Positions 23,560-36,699 of a DNA stretch of 64,000 nucleotides are shown here, piece by piece. The stretch is from Octopus sinensis (Eukaryota): NCBI RefSeq assembly GCF_006345805.1, contig NW_021836291.1, positions 186,001 to 250,000 on the forward strand. The letters are read 5' to 3'. The position numbers and the translations under genes are program-made. The notes below the pieces were generated by a model. It had not been told where the DNA came from. It ran no database searches and worked only from the letters and a program-made list of their open reading frames with translations. Each line of letters starts with the position of its first letter. The stretch's first letter is position 1.

Positions 23560-23790
23560 TCCTCTAGATGTACTTTACCAGGCTTCTTCTCTTCTTAGTT
23601 TGAAATGGATAAGATGTGTTTATTATTCACTTTCATGCTCTCCAGTTTCTTCCTAAGCACAACCGACGTCGAAGTGGCTCTTGTAGTAAAGTAGATACAA
23701 TACCGTCCCAGGTAAGACATGGATAATTCTCAGTTTCCTTGCTTACAGGTCGTATTTGCATCCCATAAACTGTCTAGTCAGTCATCAGCG
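23560..23790 (-). mobile_element. Decayed RLE 3' fragment of an R4-like LINE
   Basis: KYDL and I-VLTWDGIVST-like motifs on the minus strand, broken by indels. Confidence 0.45.
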
Positions 23791-24455
23791 AACGACGTAT
23801 AACAAATGAGGAGTCGCACTAAATTAATTATTGAAGTTTTGGTTCCTAAAGTCCTGCCAAAGAACGTTGGCGACATTGTCGAGAATCATGCACTTGATGT
23901 TGAATGCAATGAGTCGATAAATGAAGAATTCGTTGTTTCTGAGGTATTTGTTGATATATGTGCTAAACTGTCCGTTTTCCTTGGGATCAATGTCCTGGAA
24001 TTAGATCCTCAGTCAAGGGATTAAGAAATAGAGCACCCACTTGACCTATGAAAACAAAGTCGCCACTTTAACGACTAGAATTAAATAATTTTTTTTCGAG
24101 AAATAGGTTTTGTTGGAAGACCCATTGGACAGTTTAGATGTGTGTCTGTTTTATGGTCCGTTCAGGAATGTTGTTCTAAATCACCCGCGGGAAGAAGAAC
24201 GACTCGTTCATTTCCTTTCTGTGGATATACTCGTTCAGAATGTGGATGCCGTAAATGTTAAACTGGAAGTCCCAAAATCTGAGTAAAAAATTCCCAACGT
24301 ATTGAAAGGAATGTTTTTGTGGTTTGTGGTTAGATCTGTTAATTTCTTGAGTTTGCTGTTGTTTTAATGGAAAATTACTGGTTCCGTAAGACAGGGAAGA
24401 CTGGGTGAGAATTGTCCAGTTAGAAAGTTGTGAATTATGTTTTAAATGTTATTAA

Positions 24456-26053
24456 TTAAAGATTAGTGCATTCAATTTCAGGATTAGTTTTGACAGTATT
24501 TTGAATAGCCCATGGCTGAATAGTAGTTTTAGCGAAAAAAGTAAACGTAAAAAACCCAATTGCCTGAATGACTAACATCAGAATAAAGACATATTGCCAC
24601 TCTCTTGGTTTATGCTATCAATTAGGCAATCAAATTACCGTGTCGGACACAAAAGTGTAAGAAGTCTGTATTGAGGCGACTCCACCAAGAGCCCCCAACG
24701 TATTGGAAATTCCTGCAATGATCCCATAATACTGGGGTGCAATGTCCCCAATGTTAGGCATTGATACGGCGATGTAAACTCCAGTGAACAGACATGAAAG
24801 AAGAACTAGCGTCACTCCCACATAAGACAGATTTCGAGGGACGACCGTCGCCAACAATAAAAGTATTCCGACGGGAAAGAGTCCTGGGAATATTCACACC
24901 AAATACCAAAAATGTTGCAAATTTTACGCAAAAGTGTCTTTTCTATTCTTTTTTTGGCCAAGAAATAGTCAGACAGTAAGCAAAAGCTCAATCCGCCGAT
25001 CCAAGTAAGAATGGGTCCGAGAAAGGTAATGTAAGTTTGCTTTAACTGAGGACATGAAAATACATTTTTGACGGGAATGTAATACAGGTCTTCCATCAAC
25101 GACGGAATGATGGTCACCAGAAGAAACCCACTCCAATTGGCAGCAAAGTGTACCATCACAGCTGCCCACACTGGAAGGGATGTCAATATTTTTTTCCAAG
25201 GAATCACCTACAATATTAGAGCACGTGAATTTTAACTTCAGTGACTTGTTTCCTTTCAGTGACTTTGCTTAAATATGTTTTTTCATCAGAGGTGATCCAC
25301 CTGTTATTTTTGGGATCGTCTGTCATGAAAATGTACCACGAAATCAACCAAATTACCCCACACGTGCCTAAATCAGTCACATTCTACTAACCAAATATGT
25401 AAAACGATGCCGGCCACAAATCCTGGTTAAAAGCAAGCCCTGAAGTTACGCACAATGCCAGAATATTCCCAAAGTAGGTCCCTTAAGTCAAGTTAAACAA
25501 ATGATACCTGGAAAGATCATCCCAATGGCCGAACCACGAATTTCTGGCTGGAACCAATTGGCAATGATAACTGTAAAGCAAGGAAAAAACGAGGCCTATT
25601 TTAAGTACAAAAATAGAGAACTTGAGCTGCCCCTATTAGAATCCGAATAGCAATAAATGTTGGAAAACTTTTTAGCATTATGCTAGGAGTGATGAAACAT
25701 AAAATAGTCGAGACAAAAATCGACACAAACAATGTGATTTTTGACCCAAATCGTTCTGCAGAAAACCCTCCAATGACTTGTGTCAAGCAATATCCCACGT
25801 AGAAAGACATCAAAGATAGTGATTTCTGAAGTTGTGTCCACTCTACTTTCTAAATGTGATAAAATAGCGCATACTCCTTTTTCGGGTCCACTAATACTGA
25901 TTATTTGAGCTATAACCACATTAACGTTTAGTCTTTGCATGTAAGTAATAGCAAGACACCAAAATGTGAGGAAACCAACTATTAAGCGTCCACGCGACGA
26001 TATTTTTTCTAAGTTTTTAAAGTAACTTTACTAGTATTTTCAGTTTCTTGCAT
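24456..26053 (-). CDS. SLC17 family (sialin/VGLUT-like) MFS anion transporter, multi-exon
   Basis: ITYMQRLNV, FYVGYCLTQVIGGFSAERFGSK, RILIGAAQ, IPWKKILTSLPVWA..V.HFAANW, MPNIGDIAPQYYGIIAGISNT. Tiny introns. Confidence 0.88.
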
Positions 26054-26727
26054 TTTCTGACACTTCTCCAATCTATATAAATCATCCGGATAAAATATTA
26101 TATATTCTTGTTAATTGGTTTCACATCAAACCTATGACGGTGTGGTAATTAAGAATTCTTATTAAATTTTGACTACGCCCAAAACCGCATTTGTTTCGCT
26201 TGTCTTAAATCTACTAGATTTTTTGACAAAAATTGCCGTCATATTTACGGATTCAATAAAATAACTGAAGTTGTAAAAAACTACTATTTAGACACTAAAA
26301 AGGAATTTTTGTAAAATCTTTGAATAAATGCATCTACAAAACCGTGATATAACAGTCCTATTTCCAGAAACTTATTTTAGACTCCAACGACTTAGTCAGA
26401 TTGAACTATTGTCGATGACGATGTCAGTTACCACACAATACAAATATTGAAAAAGGTATGTCAAGATGAGGCATATATTTTTGAAGGTACTATCAAAAAA
26501 TTTGATAGATACAAATAATAATGAAAAAATGTTCAAAAGTCAGTTTAATAATCACAAATTTATACATCCTCATATGTTTAGTTATAATTACAAAAATCAA
26601 TTTTTTGAACACTTCAAATTATCAATAAATTTGTTTTGATAGTTTTAGTCATTATATCAGAAAATTTTGTCGGTCCCATCAGAAATCGGTTTAGAAAGGT
26701 TTGACTGTAGTAACTAAAGCTAATTAC

Positions 26728-28377
26728 TAGGGCAATTTAAGTGCTAAAATGCTATTTTTACTTTTTATATTTTTTTTAATATAAAATTGAATTTGGAATA
26801 ATTATTTTTTAATTTTGTTAAAAAAACATACATTATAAATGCTATAAATGCTATTTGTAATTTTAAATGCTAATTTTTTTTTAAATGCTAATTTAAATTG
26901 CATTTAAAATTTTTTTAATGCCACCCATATTAAATAAAATAATTTAGCACGCTATATAGTATTTTGAGTGATGCCAAAACCCAAGTGTTCGTTGCTTAAG
27001 AAAGCCAAGCGTATAGTTCAGAATTCAAAGATGAGTTTTGTATTGCTGACCATGGCCTTCTATTTTGTTCTCTTTGTTTATCCAAAGTCAACTGTGCAAA
27101 AAAATTTTCTGTCGATTCTCATTGTTCTTCTTTAAAACATCAGAACAATATGCGTATAAATGTAATACAATTGTAGGTCATTCATGTGATTCAGTTCAAA
27201 CGAGATTAACTGAATCAATCAAAGTAGATTCGGTTAAAGAAACGATCACGGAAACTTTTGTACAAGCAAACATCCCGCTATACAAATTAAAAAATGATTC
27301 GATCAAAAAAATGTTTAAAACATTTAACATTAACACTCCGTCCGAATTTTCATGCAGAACTACGGTTAAATTCTTGCACAAAAAAAGATAAATGAGTTGA
27401 CAAAATTATTAACGTATTAAAGTTTATTTTTTAACTTTTAAAAACGAAAAGATTTTTATAATAATTGATGAATCAGATATCCGAAGGAAAAGTTTTGTAG
27501 TGATTCTAATTGGAAGCATTCGCTTTCCAACAAAATCCTATTTGGTTGAATGCAACCACTGGAAAATCATGCCAATGCTGCTGTCATCTGCCAAATAATA
27601 GATGACGTCATTAGAGAAATGAAGATTATTCGTGACAATTTTTATCTGTTAATCTCAGATGCCGCTCCTTATATGATTTCTGGTGATATAAAAGTATCTA
27701 AATAAATAGGCGGTAAAACTTTAATGGTCATGTATAACAACATGCATCATGTGACTTGTGTTTCTCATTTGTTACACAATACGGTTTTACGTATAAAGTC
27801 TGCATATCCGGAAATAGATGGCTTAATTGCAAGCATTAAAGCTGCCACAGTAAAAAACCGAAGACGTCGTAATTTGTTCAAGGATGTTGGATACCCACCT
27901 GATGTCGTAATTACTAGGTATTCTTTTTCTTAATTTATGCAGATGAGGAAGTTGGTTTAAAGCAGCGAAATATTATTTCACGAATTTTGAAAAAATTTGT
28001 GAAATTGTTAACGCATTTCAGTCAGATGGAGTTTTAGTATCAAATGCTAAACATCATGTAAATAATCCCGATATTAAGTTGAAATTAACGGAGATAAAAT
28101 TTAAATGTTATTTTTATTATTTTGGCGCCTGGGGATCATATCGAACACAGAGAGAGGATGCGTAGTCTGATTGGGAATGTCGGGATCACCTAATTAATCT
28201 TGTTTTCTGGCCTGACGGTGCTCTTGGTTTTTAAATAAATAAATTTTTATTATTTTAAGTTATAGATTTTACAATTTTAAATGCTAGATTTGATCATTTT
28301 AAGTGCTAATTTTTTTAATTGTAAATGCTAGATTTAGCGCTAAATTTTTTTTTAAGTGCTAAAAAAAAATTGCCCTA
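26728..28377 (+). mobile_element. Defective hAT element related to 14433-16308 (internal deletion, stops)
   Basis: TIRs TAGGGCAATT/AATTGCCCTA; perfect 8-bp TSD CTAATTAC (26720-27, 28378-85); AAATGCTA subterminal repeats; HVTCVSHLLH and GYPPDVVITR motifs. Confidence 0.92.
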
Positions 28378-29244
28378 CTAATTACTAACAATTCCAAAAG
28401 CTTAAAATTTTTTAACTCTATCTTAGTTTCTTAGGGTTAGGGTTAGAATTAGAAAAATTAATTAAACCAGCCGCTCTTGAAATGTTAATTACTTTCGTGT
28501 TGAAAACCCAATTCTCAACTGGATCGTTCAACTTTGCTTGAACTCATTTAAAAAATATCAGGAACTCAATTTTCAGCAGAGCTTAATTAAACTTCAATGT
28601 AATCAGCCTGTTTAGATTATTTTCAAATATACTTCATTAATAATTTTTGGTATTCTCATTAGTAATTAATTTTTATTTTTAGGTGTCAGATGGCGAAAAA
28701 TATTCCCCATTTTAAGTAAAACTGCATTGGAATCAATACTTGTATTCATACTGAATTACTGTAAAATTGTCTGTTATTTTCATAATTTTCATGTTATTTT
28801 TATATAATAAATTGTCAAACATGTCTAAACTTGCCCCTGAAAAGACCAAAAATTGTGCGTTAATAGCAAAATTTTCATTTTATTTATGGTGGTCCTTACA
28901 CAATTTTATAATGCAAAAGTGGTCCCCAGTCTAAAAAAATTGAGAACAGCTGCTATATAGGTCACCATGTCAAGTATGTAGGTGACCAGAGTGAGGCGCG
29001 ACATAATAAATTTAAAAATTTTTATAAATGGAGTCCCAACATGAATTTATTTTTGGCAGTGTATCTTCATCTGTTTTTGTTGTTTAATCGGAATATCTCC
29101 ACTGTATTAAAATTGCTAGGCAACTTCATTTTCCTAACATTGTCACAGAAAGCGCTATTCTTTGAATAACTAATATTTTAGATCAATAAAAATAAAATTG
29201 AATATCCGCGTAAATATCACAAATAAAGAATATTTAAAAGCACA

Positions 29245-30079
29245 TCACAGATTTACAGAATCCACAATAATGTTGCTTCCACGACGTTTGTGGGTATATC
29301 TTGAAACCCCAACTTGTGGCTTGGATAAAAAAGTAGTCCAATTTTTAGCAGCCCAACGAACAGGAAATATTATAAACTCCGGGAACATACTAAAACATCA
29401 CCAAATTCTCCAACTTGTAAAAAGCAAAAGAATCTCGCGAATCTCCGCGGAATTTGCTGTCGGGATGAGGTTGTAAAAAACGTAGATAAACCCACCCAAC
29501 AATGAACCCAGCAGTAGAGAGCAAACCAGAGTTGTAGTTGATGTAGTCCACATAAACCAAAAGAGTTGTAAGGAGTGAAGAAGACATAGGAAGAAGGTCA
29601 AATGGAATGGAGACTGATTTTATTCTCCAGGAATATCCGGGATGGACAATTTGAGCCAAAGCTACGATCAAGCCGGATACGAATGCACTCATTCCGTAGA
29701 CGGCAAACTGACTTGAAGACTTGTTCAGGTCTTCACTGAGAGATTTGTGGAATAATTTCAAGAAGGAAAAAGTCATGGCAAAGACTAGTATTGTTGAAGT
29801 TGTGCTGACGATTAGAAAATAGCGAAAAAGCTCAATTTTTGACCATCGAAGTGAAAATACATTCCAAAATGTCTCGATGACTACAATATCGAAAAGAACT
29901 AGAGGGATCTTTAGTTCAACGAGACATGCGAACATTATTTTGAGTGGCAAGAGTAACTCAAATTCTGGATATAGTACGATTAATGAGGGACCGTCTTGTA
30001 AATATAATCCTATATGGAGAAGTAGAATGAATGCTGATATTAAAACAGACTCCTTGTGTATTTTACATGCATTCATCAC
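29245..30079 (-). CDS. TMEM115: TMEM115 (rhomboid-like Golgi membrane protein); 3' end approximate
   Basis: GFIVGWVYLRFLQPH..RGDSRDSFAF followed, after a 25-nt intron (29390-29414), by MFPEFI. Confidence 0.75.
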
Positions 30080-30244
30080 CTAGAGTATAAAAAATTAAAT
30101 TTTTTATTCATAAATATAAATTTTTTCAATACAAATTTGAATAAGAAACTAAAATCTAATGTGGTAAATCAAGATCACAAATCTATACATCCCAATATGT
30201 TCACTCATAATCACGAAAATCGGTTTTAAAAATATTTTAAAATA

Positions 30245-32525
30245 CAGTAAAACCTCTGGTGCTCGCCATTTTCGGGACCAAAGAAAAAATGGCGAGCAAT
30301 AGAATTGGCGAGCAATGGAAATAATCAATAATTTTTTGACCTTAAAATTTTGAAAACATCTCGGTTTTCGATACTTTCCGATCATAAGTGAGCCTTCCAA
30401 GCCATATTGGAGTAAAGCGACAAAGAGAATCGAAAGAAATTAAAAGGAAAAAATTAACTAAAAAATCTTAATAGTTTTGTTAATTCAGCCATATTTCTAA
30501 TAACGGTGTCGATAGTTCCAGCAAATTTATATCAAAAATTTCATTTTGATAAAGAATGACTTTATTCTTTTCAACATTTTCAAAGCCTCTTCTGAATTCA
30601 CATGAGATTCGTCATTATGAGTATCTTCATCGTCATATTTTTGTGGGAAAGAATCTCCAGCAATATTAAGGTAATCTTTAATTTCATATATTTCGGTAAT
30701 TTCATGATTATTAAAATCATCTTTATCCACCGGGTCCAATATTTTCAAGATAGTTACCATTTGATCATAATTATCAATTTCAACAGTTTGTCTTTCGAGT
30801 TGATTTTCACATTCGATCCATTTTGAATGTCCGAAACAATTTGTAATTGTTTTGGTCGTTACTTTTTCCAGGCAAAATATGTAAAAAGAAGACCGTCTTT
30901 TAAGGTTAATTTTTTTATAAGCTTCCAGTGGATTTTCTCCATTATCAATTTTTTCTAACATAAACTCAAATTTAAATTTATTAAAATGTCCTTTGAAAGA
31001 TCTAATGATTCCTTGATCCTTGGTTGTGGATTGTTGTGATCTTCGAAGGTAGGTAAAAAACTTCAATTGACTCTAAATCAGCGTAAATTTTATGGATGGG
31101 CATCGATCCACAACTAAAAGAATTTTTCGTTTTTTTAGATGCCTATTCCATGTTAAAAGCCATTCGTTAAAATTTTACTTGTCATCCATGCTTTTGGTGA
31201 ATGACAGTAATCGACAAAATTTTCAACTTTAAAATTTTTAAAGCAGCGAAGTTTCTGGAACTTTCCAATCATAAGTGGAATTTTTTTGTCTGTCCCAGTC
31301 ATATTTGAGCATAGCAACAAAGAAAATCTAAAAATAAATAAAAATTAAACCGTTCTTTAAGGATTTTATGTCCATATCGAACCTTCTGACAAACACTTTT
31401 TGAAGGGATAGATTTGTAAAAATCCCAGTTTCATCAGCGTTATAAATGTTTTCAGCATTATATTGTTGAATCTTTGCAGAGATCAAGAAGTAAATGCATC
31501 AATTTCTTGTTTCTGATCAACTTTGATATAAAAAATAGTTTAACCAAAAAAAATATTTTTAAAAATTCATGGCAAGATTTAGAAAATAGCGAGCAATAGA
31601 ATATTTATCAAAATTTACTAGAAATTTTTAATTTTTTGAAAAATAGTGGCGAGCAATAGAGGTGGCGAGCAGTGTTCCCTCTAAGCGAGTGGTAGCTATG
31701 CGCGCTGGGCACATTGCATTGTGCAGCGTTATAAAGTGACGTGTGCAAAAAATTTTTGGGGGGGGGAAAATTTTACAATTAAAAAACCAAGGTTAAAAAA
31801 ATAGGTCTAGTCAATTGGATATTCTCTTCTGTTTTTATTTTGTATCCAAAATTGTATACTCGATCAAGATCCACTGTATTCCCACTTGTTAAATAGAACT
31901 TGATTCGCATGATCATCTCCAAATGGTCAATCTCAAGTCTATTACGTAGTTTAGTTTTGATACAGTTCATCAAACTAAATCCACGTTCAGCATCAGCACT
32001 CGACGCTTGAAATGTGCCACAAATATCCACAAATGTTGCAGTGGCTGAAAATTTTTTCTCCGCTAGTATATAGTAAATTACATCTTCAAATGTTTTCAAA
32101 GCACCAGAGTGCAGTTTTTCTTTTAAAATAAGCACATATTTTACAAAGCACATATTTTACAAACAACTCCGCAGTCTTCGGAAAAACTAAAAATATCACC
32201 CAGTTGCACATGTTGGGGAATTTTTGAATCTGGTGTTAAGGTTTCGACGTACTCTATCAACCATTCCGGCTTAAAAGAAGGAGAATTTTTCTTAAGTCTC
32301 ATATCAATATTATAGACACGTTTTCGTTTTGAAATGAAAATAAGAATATATAAATTCATATAAAAATTAAAAAAAATAGCAATTTTAATATTATACTTTC
32401 TACTGCGCAGAAAAAAATTTCGCTGCGCAGCAAGGTGCAAACTGCTGCGCGGCCGCGCACGCGCGCAGCTTAGAGGGAACACTGGTGGCGAGTAACAGAG
32501 GTGGCGAGCACCAGAGGTTTTACTG
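30245..32525 (-). mobile_element. pogo/Tigger element, internally deleted, carrying a nested hAT
   Basis: TA TSD; TIR CAGTAAAACCTCTGGTGCTCGCCA at both ends; NADETG and DQGIIRSFK motifs. Confidence 0.92.
31670..32484 (-). mobile_element. Non-autonomous hAT (ZNF862-like) deletion derivative
   Basis: TIR CAGTGTTCCCTCTAAG; 8-bp TSD GTGGCGAG; hATC motif SSADAERGFSLMNCIKTKLRNRL. Confidence 0.92.
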
Positions 32526-32899
32526 TATATATTTCTTTTGAAATAATTCAAAAATTATATCGAATTGCCGGCGCATAAGATGACGTGGCTGTTCCCCCGG
32601 ACGATCGCCAACGAGACTTTTAAAATATTAATCAATTTTTTAAGCACCTTTAGTCATTCTATGTTAATGATTCCGAAAGATTTTGTTAAAACCAGCGAGG
32701 ATTTTTTAAACACTTATCACATGACGGATCTATTTCTCGACAAAAAATTTAGTTTTTCAGTCTTTCCTGCTTTTATTTATTTTAAAACGAATAAATTCAT
32801 ACTTTAAGATTCTATAGATCTTCTAAAATAGTATTTAGAGTTTGATCTTAATAAAAAAATATTTTTAATACTCTCAAATCTTTTTTGAAAGGAAAAATA

Positions 32900-33589
32900 A
32901 TTGCGCTATACGACTTAAATATGTCCCATTTTAAAATTTCTAAAGAACCCGCTGTTCCATATTAAACAGTCGTATTTTTTTCAAACAGTACAATAAAACT
33001 AGATCACATGACTGCCAACATGGTTCTAGAAAATCGTCAATTTTAAATAATGTACAAATTAATCATTTGGTATCTACATCAGAGGAAAATTCATTTTTAC
33101 TGCCTCTGAACTCTCTAATGAAATAGTAAAGTTTTCCGGTACAGGTGTCTCGTCTCAAACCATAATACGAAATATAAATAGAATTTTTCGGAAGAATTTG
33201 CAAAGAAAAACCATTTCTAACAAAAAAACACATAGTTTCCAGATCGTCAAAAAATCTATCTCAACTTTCAGACTATGATTTTAGATCAATAATCTTTTCG
33301 GATGAATGTATTTTTGAATTATTAACGACCCAATACATAAAAATGTGTATTGAAAAAATTTGAAATGAATAGATCCGAAAATATTGTTCCAACTGTCAAA
33401 TTTGGAAAAGGTAAATTCTGATGTAATAAAAAATAGAGAAAATTATGATGTGGGAGTGGAGTGTTTTTCCTATCATTAGGTAAACGATTTGGCATTTATA
33501 GACACGTGACGCTTAATTCTGCAAAATATCAATTTATTTTGAGCAATAATTTGACAAATTCTAAAAAAATGCCAGCCATTAATCAAAAT
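32900..33589 (+). mobile_element. Decayed Tc1 remnant
   Basis: GRI-KEKPFL, IIFSDEC and PTVKFGKG-like motifs with stops. Confidence 0.55.
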
Positions 33590-34780
33590 CAGGGGTTCTC
33601 AACCTTTTTAGGTCATGGGCCAAATCGATAATTAAGAATATCTTTGCGGGTCGCACAAAAAATATTTTATGTTATTAATAAAAAAAGGCTTTATTAAGTA
33701 ATAAAAATCAATGCGAGACTTGATTCTGTTTGGCGTCTATTATTTTGTCGAAACAGGGAGTAAAAGTCGAACACGATGTGCGTAAAAGTTGATTTAGGTG
33801 TCCATCAGTCAATCGATTTCGATACTTTGTTTTTATTTGCGTAAGTTTGCTGAAAAGAGCTTCACATGTATACGTTGATCCGAAGACTGATGCATTTTTT
33901 GAGCATTATCGACCAAGTTCGGATATTTCCACTGTGGAATTCGACCCCAAAAATCCAATAGTTCACTTGACTTAAATAGCGCGGTAAGTTGTAAATCTGC
34001 CTGCATTTCAATTAGTTCCAGTTGATATATGTATGTATGAAGCGCTTGCAGCATCTGTTTCCATAGGTGACGAAAATATTTTCATAATAGGTAGAGCTTC
34101 TTTAAAATCATTAAAACGTGTTTCGAATTCATCGATTAAGTCACTAATAACGCAGATATATTTTTCATAGGATCCATCTTCCCTGTGATTTGAAAGTATT
34201 GGGAAATGAATGGTAACTCTACTTTCAATTTGTATATTCCAAAGGTGTAGTTTTTCGATAAATCCAGAAACCATTCCGTACAATTCATGACATAGTTTGC
34301 CCTTACCCTCCAGAGAAGTATTCAAAATTGAAAGGTGCTTAGAAATATCTACCATAAATGCTAAATCTGCAATCCACTCCTTATTAGTAAGCTGAGGATA
34401 AAATATCTTATTGTCAATAAAATGCATAATCTCCGGGAGAAGGTCATAAAATCTAAATGCGATTTAGTTTAAATTTATATAACCTTTTTAGACATGCTGC
34501 CCGACTCAACCATCGTACAGTTGTATGCATAAGCAAATCTCCATACTCGGCGTCAACATCCTCGAGAAATATCTTGAAATTCCGGTGATTTAAAGCATGG
34601 GATCGAATAAAATTTACGATCGAAATGACCGTTTCTGTAACATGGTCTATTTTCATAGATTTCGCGGCTAAATTTTCTTGATGCAGGATGCAGTGATGCC
34701 AAATCACAGGACTCAACTCATCATCTACTCGCCATCCAGCTACGAGACCTTGAAACCCAGTTTTCCATCCAACCATAGAA
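33590..34780 (-). mobile_element. 3' part of a SPIN/GTF2IRD2-like hAT (Buster group)
   Basis: End CAGGGGTTCTCAACC; HCILHQENLAAK, HTTVRWLSRA, WIADLAFMVDI and a C-terminal hATC-like segment; frameshifted. Confidence 0.85.
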
Positions 34781-35225
34781 AAATTTCATGCCAATGAAAG
34801 TCTGTTTTTCCAAATTTCTTAGACAAAAAATTTATCAGATTTTAAAATAAATCGAAAGAAAAAATTAAATCATTATTTCTATAAACTAAGTAAGTTGAAG
34901 ATTCACCACTATTTATGTAGAATGGTCTATACTACAATATTGTCTTACCTTATTTCTTAGGTATTTTTAATTTCAGCTACAGACACACTCTAAGGGGCTA
35001 TTTTTTAATAAATTCTGATTCAGAAATAAATAAAAAGATTTTCCTGGTCTCTGAAAAGACCTGTTAGTTATCCTAAATGATTAATAAAAATGCTTAGTAT
35101 GATGCATCCTTATTCGACTTTTCTATTTTGGTCTCGCTTGTATTTACTCAGACAACTGGATATAAAAATAAATAATCACAAAGAATCAAAAATGCAAAAA
35201 AATGGCAAAACTATTCACAATACGA

Positions 35226-36596
35226 TCAAAGAACGACGGCATCGATGAGAGCATCCAAGCGAACAGTCAACTACAAATAAATAATAGACCACACCGTATC
35301 CTGACACTCCTCTATCACCAATTATAACCACAAACTAACCTCCAAGCAGTCCAATATCCACCATCTGAGTATCCTGACTAGACAACAACACCACACCAGT
35401 CTACAACCAATAATTATACCAATTACATGCCGTTCTGATATTTTCACCACAAAATTCTCATCGACTTGAGCAACCTGATAAAATTAAATCCAAAAAAACT
35501 GAAAATTGAATTGTGGCTCCAACTGGAGGCATGCAGGTTAATGATCTTCCCCCAGTCAAATCAGAACCAGTTTTTTGTGCCACAACATGCTTTGTACCCT
35601 ACATATCTTTAATAAAATACTGACTCGAAGGTAGGTGGACTCATTACGTAAGGTAGGTCTCACTTCAGGATTACTCTGACAATTTTCCCGCGTAAATACA
35701 GGTACAATTGGAAGATCTGAGATCCCAGGGTCGACTATAGTGCAGGGAACTGTTTCAGTTGGAGTTCGAAGGAGCTCGTTTGGGTCAAATTTGTTGGTAG
35801 AACACGAAATGGGTGATGGAGGCGGACGTTTTTTGTCATTATAAGAAATGCTGGATGGATTGTACAAAAAATCGTCATCCGAACTGAATATAATATGTCT
35901 TTGTTTCCCCTGCACTTTCACAATCCTCTTTTTCTTGTTGGGGACTGGATTGATGCCATTCAGAGAGGACTCAGCCACTTTTGATATCGTAGAATTAGAA
36001 ACGTGGTTATTATTGGAAGGAAGATTGATACACATTTGAATATCATTGGGAACTGAGGACAAATCACTGGATAGTGAATCGGCGGTTCCTTTGATGTGAT
36101 TTTCGGCAGGCTTTGATGTCGTTTTTTCAAACAACACTTTTGAGAGCTGAGGAGAAAGGATTGTTGATTGGAGAGGGGATGACTGAATTTTCGTTGTTTT
36201 TTTTTGATTTTTTATAGGAGATTTTAGTAGACTCTGCGAAATATTTGGCGGAATATCAAATGTGCCAAGTTCAGGTGGTAAAATAACTTTGTTGGACTGA
36301 CAGTGGAGAAATGTTGGTTTACTAAATCTACACAAATTAAAAAATAGAATTCACCTGAGAATATCATTTTCATGTAAAATTGCGTTTTTTGTCCAATAAG
36401 GAACGATGAAATTATTTAGGAATATTACGTATTCACTAAGACATGTTTTTTCAGCAAGGTTTAGTTTTTTGAGAATTTCTATTATGAGATCGCGAATAAC
36501 TCCGTCGGAAACGGTGTCCTCGATCAAATACCAAAATTTGGACAACGTTACGTCTGGAGACCACAATTCATTCAAATCAACAACAATACGAATCAT
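35226..36596 (-). CDS. COIL: Coilin (Cajal body scaffold), 6 exons by manual splicing
   Basis: N-terminus RIVVDL..FWYLIED..VIRDLIIEI..FLNNFIVP..ILHENDILR matches the Coilin_N pattern. Low-complexity middle. After 24-28 nt introns the C-terminus reads MPPVGATIQFSVAQVD...TGVVLS..MVDIGLL..LTVRLDALIDAVVL*, matching the coilin Tudor-like domain. Confidence 0.75.
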
Positions 36597-36699
36597 TCAA
36601 ATCTTAAGTAAATAAACGTGTGAATAAATTCCACTTTAAATTATAAATTTTTGAAATTAAATATTTTTAAACAAATTTACCTGATTCAAATTTTTATTT

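Noticed and set aside
23800-24420. Possible small gene downstream of SLC17
   Set aside because: I could not assemble a consistent spliced frame or recognise homology.
28431-28446. Telomeric TTAGGG repeat
   Set aside because: Under three units; too short to distinguish from chance or to call an interstitial telomere.
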